From Chlamydiia bacterium (lineage in GTDB: Bacteria > Chlamydiota > Chlamydiia > Chlamydiales > Parachlamydiaceae), in NCBI GenBank assembly GCA_038257035.1, contig JBBSJT010000076.1:1-11709 (forward strand): a stretch of DNA of 11,709 nucleotides, written 5' to 3'. The notes beneath the pieces were generated by a model. It saw only the letters and a list, made by a program, of their open reading frames with translations, was not told the DNA's origin and did not search any database. Positions within the stretch are counted from its first letter, which is position 1; each line of letters begins with the position of its first letter. Positions 6,890 through 11,709 of this stretch are shown piece by piece. The position numbers and the translations under genes were made by a program.

Positions 6890-7749
6890 TGACAAAAATA
6901 GAAGATCCAAAATGGGTTGTTACCGAGCAAGAGTCGGAACAAAAACTCGTCACATTCCTTAAAAGTAAAATGGATGAATATTCTTTAAAACAGATTAAGC
7001 GTTGTTTAGAAGAAAATTTATGCACCATTAATGGAATCACAGAACGTTTTGCTAAAGCTATGGTTTTTAAAGGGGATATTGTCACCTTCAAACCAATTAA
7101 ACTTGAACCAAAAAAAGATCATCAAATATTTGAAAAAAGTCGCATCCTATTTGAAGATCAGCATTTGTTTATTTATAACAAACCGGCGGGCATCTTAAGT
7201 GAAGGATTTAAAACGGGTCATTTTTTGATTCATCGCCTCGACATAGGCACAACCGGCGTTTTAATGTTTGCTAAAACTGAATTTATCTTAAACGATATGA
7301 TTGCACTTTTTAGAAAGTTTTTAGTTAAGAAGGTTTATCTTGCTATTGTTGATGGCTCGCCAAAAATACTTTCCGGCGTCGTCGATAACTATCTTGGAAA
7401 AAAACTAAGCTATGAGGGCCAGACGATTTGGGGCTCAGTTCCAAAAGAAAAAGGGTTACGCGCCGTCACGGAATGGAAAGTTGAAAAACTTGGAAAATCT
7501 ATAAGTTTAATCAGATGTTACCCAAAAACCGGACGAACGCATCAAATCCGCGTGCATTTAAACGAAATGAACCTTCCAATCTTAGGCGATTACCACTACT
7601 GCCGCACATTTAAAAGCACTTTCCAAGCCAAACGCTGCCTGCTTCACGCCTATAAGGTTAAATTTCCTCATCCAAAATCTCATGTCATGATGGAAATTGA
7701 AGCTCCCATACCGGAAGATTTTGCTTTGGCCTTAAAAGAAATTTTATGA
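6889..7749 (+). CDS. RluA-family pseudouridine synthase with N-terminal S4-like domain (RluC/RluD-like)
   Basis: Motifs NKPAG, HRLD (catalytic Asp), KTGRTHQIRVH, PILGDxxY and LLHAY. TAATG overlap with pheS. Confidence 0.93.
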   Translation: MTKIEDPKWVVTEQESEQKLVTFLKSKMDEYSLKQIKRCLEENLCTINGITERFAKAMVFKGDIVTFKPIKLEPKKDHQIFEKSRILFEDQHLFIYNKPAGILSEGFKTGHFLIHRLDIGTTGVLMFAKTEFILNDMIALFRKFLVKKVYLAIVDGSPKILSGVVDNYLGKKLSYEGQTIWGSVPKEKGLRAVTEWKVEKLGKSISLIRCYPKTGRTHQIRVHLNEMNLPILGDYHYCRTFKSTFQAKRCLLHAYKVKFPHPKSHVMMEIEAPIPEDFALALKEIL

Positions 7750-8780
7750 AAATTTTAATAGTTAAAACATCTTCTCTTGGGGATATCATTCATGCATATC
7801 CGGTTTTAAGTTATTTGAAAAAGTATTTTCCTGAATCTACCATTGATTTTGTTGTAGAAAAACCTTTTGCAGAATTGGTTTCAAACCATCCCTTTGTAAA
7901 TAAAGTGATCGAGGTAAATACCAAGGAATGGCGAAAAAAATTTTCTGCATTTTATAAAGGTGTTAGTGATTTTAGAAAGACTCTTCGAAGTCAAACTTAT
8001 GATGTTTGTTTTGATTTGCAGTGCAACCTAAAATCAGGCTTAATTGTGGCCCAAGTTAAAGCCAAGCATAAGGTTGGATTTGGGTTTAAAACGGCAATAG
8101 AGTGGCCTAATTGCATATTCAATAACATCCGTTTTAATCCTCCAAAAGCTTGCAATGTCCGCGAAGAAAATCTATTTCTTGTTAAAGAATATTTTAAAAT
8201 TGAATCCGATACTTTTGAAAATACCAACCTTCGAATAAGCGACCATGATAAAGAGCATATCAACGATCTCTTATTGTCAATTTCTAATCCAACAAAAATC
8301 ATGGTTTGCCCGGGATCCATTTGGCAAAACAAGCAAATTAGCAAAGAGACGATGATCGATTTTTTAAAAAAAGTAGAAGCGCACAAAAATTGCAATTTTC
8401 TTTTTATGTGGGGCTCCTTAAAAGAGAAGGAATACGCAGAAGAACTGAAAGCCAATTTTCCAAAAAGCTTGGTAGTTGATCGTTTAAGTTTATCTGCCTT
8501 ACAAAACCTCATGAGCCATATGCAGCTTGTAATTGCAATGGATTCATTGCCTCTGCACCTTGCAGGTACGACTAACACCCCGACATTTAGCTTTTTTGGC
8601 CCATCCTCCTCAGCAAAATTTATGCCTATGGGCGAGCATCATCATGCTTTTCAAGGCTCATGCCCATACGGCAGAGTCATTCAAAGACGTTGCCCCATCA
8701 TCCGCACTTGCAAAACCGGCGCCTGTTTGCGCGAAGTCACAAGCGACATCCTTTTCAGAAGTTTTATGAAGATTCTGTAG
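7746..8780 (+). CDS. Glycosyltransferase family 9, LPS heptosyltransferase I (WaaC)-like
   Basis: Motifs MKILIVKTSSLGDIIH, YDVCFDLQCNLKS, DSLPLHLA and FFGPS. ATGA overlap with the upstream gene. Confidence 0.9.
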   Translation: MKILIVKTSSLGDIIHAYPVLSYLKKYFPESTIDFVVEKPFAELVSNHPFVNKVIEVNTKEWRKKFSAFYKGVSDFRKTLRSQTYDVCFDLQCNLKSGLIVAQVKAKHKVGFGFKTAIEWPNCIFNNIRFNPPKACNVREENLFLVKEYFKIESDTFENTNLRISDHDKEHINDLLLSISNPTKIMVCPGSIWQNKQISKETMIDFLKKVEAHKNCNFLFMWGSLKEKEYAEELKANFPKSLVVDRLSLSALQNLMSHMQLVIAMDSLPLHLAGTTNTPTFSFFGPSSSAKFMPMGEHHHAFQGSCPYGRVIQRRCPIIRTCKTGACLREVTSDILFRSFMKIL

Positions 8781-8798
8781 CGTAGGTTTTAACCTTCG
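8777..8798 (+). repeat. Single REP of family A
   Basis: GTAGCGTAGGTTTTAACCTTCG is 21/22 identical to 2044-2065. Its TAG is the stop codon of the GT9 gene. Confidence 0.85.
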
Positions 8799-8971
8799 TA
8801 ATGTAAAAGTAAAATTTGGAGTGCTGTAACTCTGTTACAGCTTTGTTTTCAGCTAGGACTCTGGCAGGCTGCTCTGAAGCACGATAAATCGGGCTTACAA
8901 ATCGCCGGAGCCGATTTGAGCGACAGAGCTGTAACAGAGTTACAGCACTCCAAATTTTACTTTTACATTAC
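8798..8971. repeat. Long inverted repeat / REP doublet, GGAG family B
   Basis: Perfect 45-bp inverted repeat (8798-8842 / 8927-8971). Each arm contains GGAGT plus the palindrome GCTGTAAC-TCT-GTTACAGC. The spacer holds a further stem (8886-8895 / 8909-8917). Confidence 0.88.
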
Positions 8972-9018
8972 TTTAGGTAAGTTAGTTTTATATGTAGGGT
9001 AACTTGTCCTACAAATTA

Positions 9019-9603
9019 TTACAGACCTATAAGCTGCACGTTGTTTTTGAAAAAATCATCGATTTTTTTGATTGCAGCATCTTCGTTTAAATCAGGTTTT
9101 AAGCGAATGGTATATTGAACACCGGCAGCATCAAAAGGACCTGAAATGTATTTTGCACCAATGATTTCTTGTTTTTGCTGAGTTCTGTAGCGCATTAAAA
9201 AATAGGCTTCTTCAATGTTTTTATTTATTGAAGATGTATCAGCAATCAATTTAATGCCTTTAGCTTCAGACATCATTTGTATTTTGACCATACCTGCAAA
9301 TGTTTTTGCTGAAATCTTTTGACCGATGAATTTATTCACTGTAATGATTTCGCTCCAATTATTCTCACTATCATTTTGAGGAATGTATTCGATCATGACT
9401 TGTTCACGTTTACCAAATGCATCTAAAGGCTGTAAAGGTTTATAACCTTTTGGAATAGTAACGCTTAAGTTTATTGGCTGTTTGGTGACGTCAATTGGCA
9501 AAAGAAAAGTCGGTTGAAATGCCTCAATTTCCTTTTCCGTTAATTCAGCACCAAAAATCGGGGTAATCGCAAACATTGCAAATATTAAATATAAAATTGG
9601 CAT
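9019..9603 (-). CDS. Hypothetical exported protein
   Basis: 194-aa ORF with a hydrophobic N-terminus (MPILYLIFAMFAITPIFGA) resembling a signal peptide and an AGGA RBS upstream. It lies 11 bp downstream of the preceding minus-strand gene. Confidence 0.8.
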   Translation of the reverse strand: MPILYLIFAMFAITPIFGAELTEKEIEAFQPTFLLPIDVTKQPINLSVTIPKGYKPLQPLDAFGKREQVMIEYIPQNDSENNWSEIITVNKFIGQKISAKTFAGMVKIQMMSEAKGIKLIADTSSINKNIEEAYFLMRYRTQQKQEIIGAKYISGPFDAAGVQYTIRLKPDLNEDAAIKKIDDFFKNNVQLIGL

Positions 9604-9614
9604 CTTGTGTTCCT

Positions 9615-10739
9615 TTATTTTTTTGTGGTTAATAAATCAAAATCGACATACTCTTCGGCCAACCGTATCGCACGCTCGATCTTTACTGTATCACCGGTGC
9701 GCGTTTTTGCAATAAATGATGTGATCATCTTCATCGCATCATAACTGCAGATAGGGGCGTAGAGGGTTGGAATGTCATGCTGTTTGATTGTTTCCACAAT
9801 TTTTTGACTTGGAGGCTGGCGGCCGGTAAGAATAATTCCACCTTCTAAATCCACTCCATCCTTTTTTTTCACTTCAGAATGTTTTTCAAGCGTTTTAAGA
9901 ATGATATCCTCGCGGCTTGCCGGTGTAATAATCAATTCATTTGGCATGATTTCTTCCATATAGGATTCAAGTGAACCTGCTACCAATCTTGGATTTTGAA
10001 AATGACGGTAACGATGTTTTTTTCCTGAAATAAGCTCTGCATTAAAAAGTGTTTCAAAGTCTTCAATTGCGGGTGTATTTAAAAGATCGTTAAAGGGGAC
10101 AATGCCGAGTAGGGGGATATTCCATTGTTGTAAAACTTTGGGGAAATATTCTTCAATCATGGCGCGTTTATTATCGTGCACGCGATTTAAAATGACACCC
10201 CTAATATTGGCGCCATGTTCACGGCAAAGAGCAATATTTAAGGAAAGCTCATCAAAGGTTGATCCCAATCCTCCGGAAGCAATGATCACCATATCAACCC
10301 CTAGCATTGCCGCAATTTTTGCATTGTTGAGCCCTAGAATGGAGCCGACTCCTACGTGTCCTGTTCCTTCAACAACAGTAAAGGCATTTTCCTGATAGAT
10401 TTTTTTAAAGGAGGTTTCAATGTTTTCTATAAGTTTGCTTGCATCGACTTTATGATCTATAAAATCACGCGTAAATCCTGCAGGAACAATGACAGGGCTC
10501 ATATCTTGCCAATCACTTGCAAGTTTAAAATGTTCTTTAAAAAGCACAACATCTTTATCTACAATGATTTCATCATTGATTCGCACATGTTGCTGCCCCA
10601 TCGGTTTGATAAATCCGACTGTTGAATATCTTTTCTTGAGCGCTGCAATAATACCAAGTGAGAGTGTTGATTTTCCAACATTCTGCCCTGTTGCTGCAAT
10701 AAATATGGCGTTTTTATTATTCATTAAATTTCTCTTCAT
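9615..10739 (-). CDS. BioD-like P-loop plus DRTGG domain protein (stand-alone phosphotransacetylase N-terminal region)
   Basis: IFIAATGQNVGKST (Walker A), VGFIKPMGQ, VVEGTGH, GVILNRV, LIITPASREDII and GGIILTG. No PTA catalytic domain. The start may be the second Met (10724). Confidence 0.85.
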   Translation of the reverse strand: MKRNLMNNKNAIFIAATGQNVGKSTLSLGIIAALKKRYSTVGFIKPMGQQHVRINDEIIVDKDVVLFKEHFKLASDWQDMSPVIVPAGFTRDFIDHKVDASKLIENIETSFKKIYQENAFTVVEGTGHVGVGSILGLNNAKIAAMLGVDMVIIASGGLGSTFDELSLNIALCREHGANIRGVILNRVHDNKRAMIEEYFPKVLQQWNIPLLGIVPFNDLLNTPAIEDFETLFNAELISGKKHRYRHFQNPRLVAGSLESYMEEIMPNELIITPASREDIILKTLEKHSEVKKKDGVDLEGGIILTGRQPPSQKIVETIKQHDIPTLYAPICSYDAMKMITSFIAKTRTGDTVKIERAIRLAEEYVDFDLLTTKK

Positions 10740-10806
10740 TTCTTATATTTTTATTACTATAGTATATATAAAATCATACCCTATTTTCTATTATTTAAGG
10801 TGAAAA

Positions 10807-11451
10807 ATGCAAGAATTTGATGAATTGGTCGTCGTTGTCGATCATTTACTTTCCGAAAATGGCTGTCCCTGGGATAGAAAACAAACCATGAAAACGATTC
10901 GGTCGGATGTTTTAGAAGAAGTCTGCGAACTTATCGAAGCCATTGATCTTGAAGATAATAATCATATTGAAGAGGAACTTGGCGATTTATTTTTTAATGT
11001 TGTTTTCTTGTCCCGGCTAGCGGAAAAAGAAAACCGTACTAAAATGGCAATAGCTTTAAGGGGTATCAAAGAAAAACTTGTCCGTCGACATCCGCATGTT
11101 TTTGGTAATGAATCCATTGAATGTTCTGAACAACTTAAAGCCCGGTGGGATCAGATCAAGCTTACCGAAAAGGGAAAAGAGCATAGAACAAGCGTTTTGG
11201 ATGGAATTCCAAAAGGACTGCCAGCTTTGGCTCGTACACAAAAAGTAACCAAAAAAATGCAATCTGCTCAATTCAGTGAAATGCCACCTACAAATAACCT
11301 AAAATTTAAAGATGAAGAAGAGCTTGGAGCATGCCTTGCTTCAATCGTCATTTTAGCAGAAAACCAAGGTTTAGATGCAGAACATGCGTTAAAAAATTAT
11401 CTATTTGGACTTGAAACGAAGTTTCGTCTTTTTGAAAAATCGGATTTATGA
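10807..11451 (+). CDS. mazG: MazG-family nucleoside triphosphate pyrophosphohydrolase
   Basis: Motifs GCPWDRKQT, LEEVCELIEAI, EELGDLFF, KLVRRHPHVFG, WDQIK and SVLDGIPKGLPAL. The second domain is shortened. Confidence 0.95.
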   Translation: MQEFDELVVVVDHLLSENGCPWDRKQTMKTIRSDVLEEVCELIEAIDLEDNNHIEEELGDLFFNVVFLSRLAEKENRTKMAIALRGIKEKLVRRHPHVFGNESIECSEQLKARWDQIKLTEKGKEHRTSVLDGIPKGLPALARTQKVTKKMQSAQFSEMPPTNNLKFKDEEELGACLASIVILAENQGLDAEHALKNYLFGLETKFRLFEKSDL

Positions 11452-11465
11452 TACGATTCTTAATT

Positions 11466-11564
11466 CACCGGGGACCTTGTGGAATAGATCAATCCGAACC
11501 AGGTCAGAGCAGGAATGCAGCAGCCTTAAGGACCTTGATTTATGCCTCGAGACAATCTCCGGTG
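11466..11564 (+). ncRNA. ffs: Signal recognition particle RNA (small 4.5S type)
   Basis: Terminal helix CACCGGGGA / TCTCCGGTG and helix-8 motif GGTCAGA-GCA-GGAA-TGC-AGCAGCC with GGAA tetraloop. Length is 99 nt. Confidence 0.92.
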
Positions 11565-11604
11565 TTCCTTTCCTTCTAATCAACACCATTTTCTCCAACA
11601 TTAA

Positions 11605-11700
11605 ATGCCGGTCTTTCAGACCTCAATTAAACTTTTATTTTATACCCAGGCCTCCGCTTCGCTCCGAACCTGGGCTATTATATGACGGTCCTTCGGACAT
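11605..11700. repeat. Three-hairpin palindromic element (family C), putative non-autonomous repeat
   Basis: Direct repeats ATGCCGGTCTTTCAGACCT (11605-11623) and ATGACGGTCCTTCGGACAT (11682-11700), 15/19 identical, flank a central stem CCCAGG...CCTGGG (11645-11674). Confidence 0.6.
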
Positions 11701-11709
11701 TAAGGAATA

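Noticed and set aside
6867..8769. ORFs 6867-7091 (-), 7997-8578 (-, 193 aa) and 8533-8769 (+)
   Set aside because: They overlap well-supported pheS, RluA and GT9 genes and have no recognisable domains. The long antisense ORF is explained by the codon structure of the sense gene.
10102..11271. ORFs 10102-10395, 10356-10625, 10489-10803 (+) and 11056-11271 (-)
   Set aside because: Antisense to the BioD-like/DRTGG gene or mazG.

Overview
AT-rich bacterial chromosomal window, probably from an environmental member of Chlamydiota. This is inferred from pheS without pheT, an F-box-like ORF, and the tRNA-Val(GAC) and SRP RNA sequences. Order on the + strand: 3' part of uvrC, F-box-like protein, GTAG-type REP doublet, small membrane protein, tRNA-Val(GAC), degenerate ThrRS-like gene, infC-rpmI-rplT, terminator, pheS, RluA-family pseudouridine synthase, WaaC-like GT9 glycosyltransferase and a compound palindromic repeat. 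Two minus-strand genes follow (secreted hypothetical protein; BioD-like/DRTGG protein), then mazG, SRP RNA and a third hairpin element. Main observations: (1) an intact 502-aa ThrRS paralog in the canonical thrS slot has lost editing His residues, two Zn ligands and the motif-2 Arg, and its anticodon-binding domain survives only as a broken remnant before infC; (2) the tRNA-Val directly upstream has C in place of the near-invariant U33; (3) three distinct REP-like palindromic families occur with no transposase in the window, and the genes ending at one family show a local excess of C-ending codons; (4) two candidate host-directed effectors.
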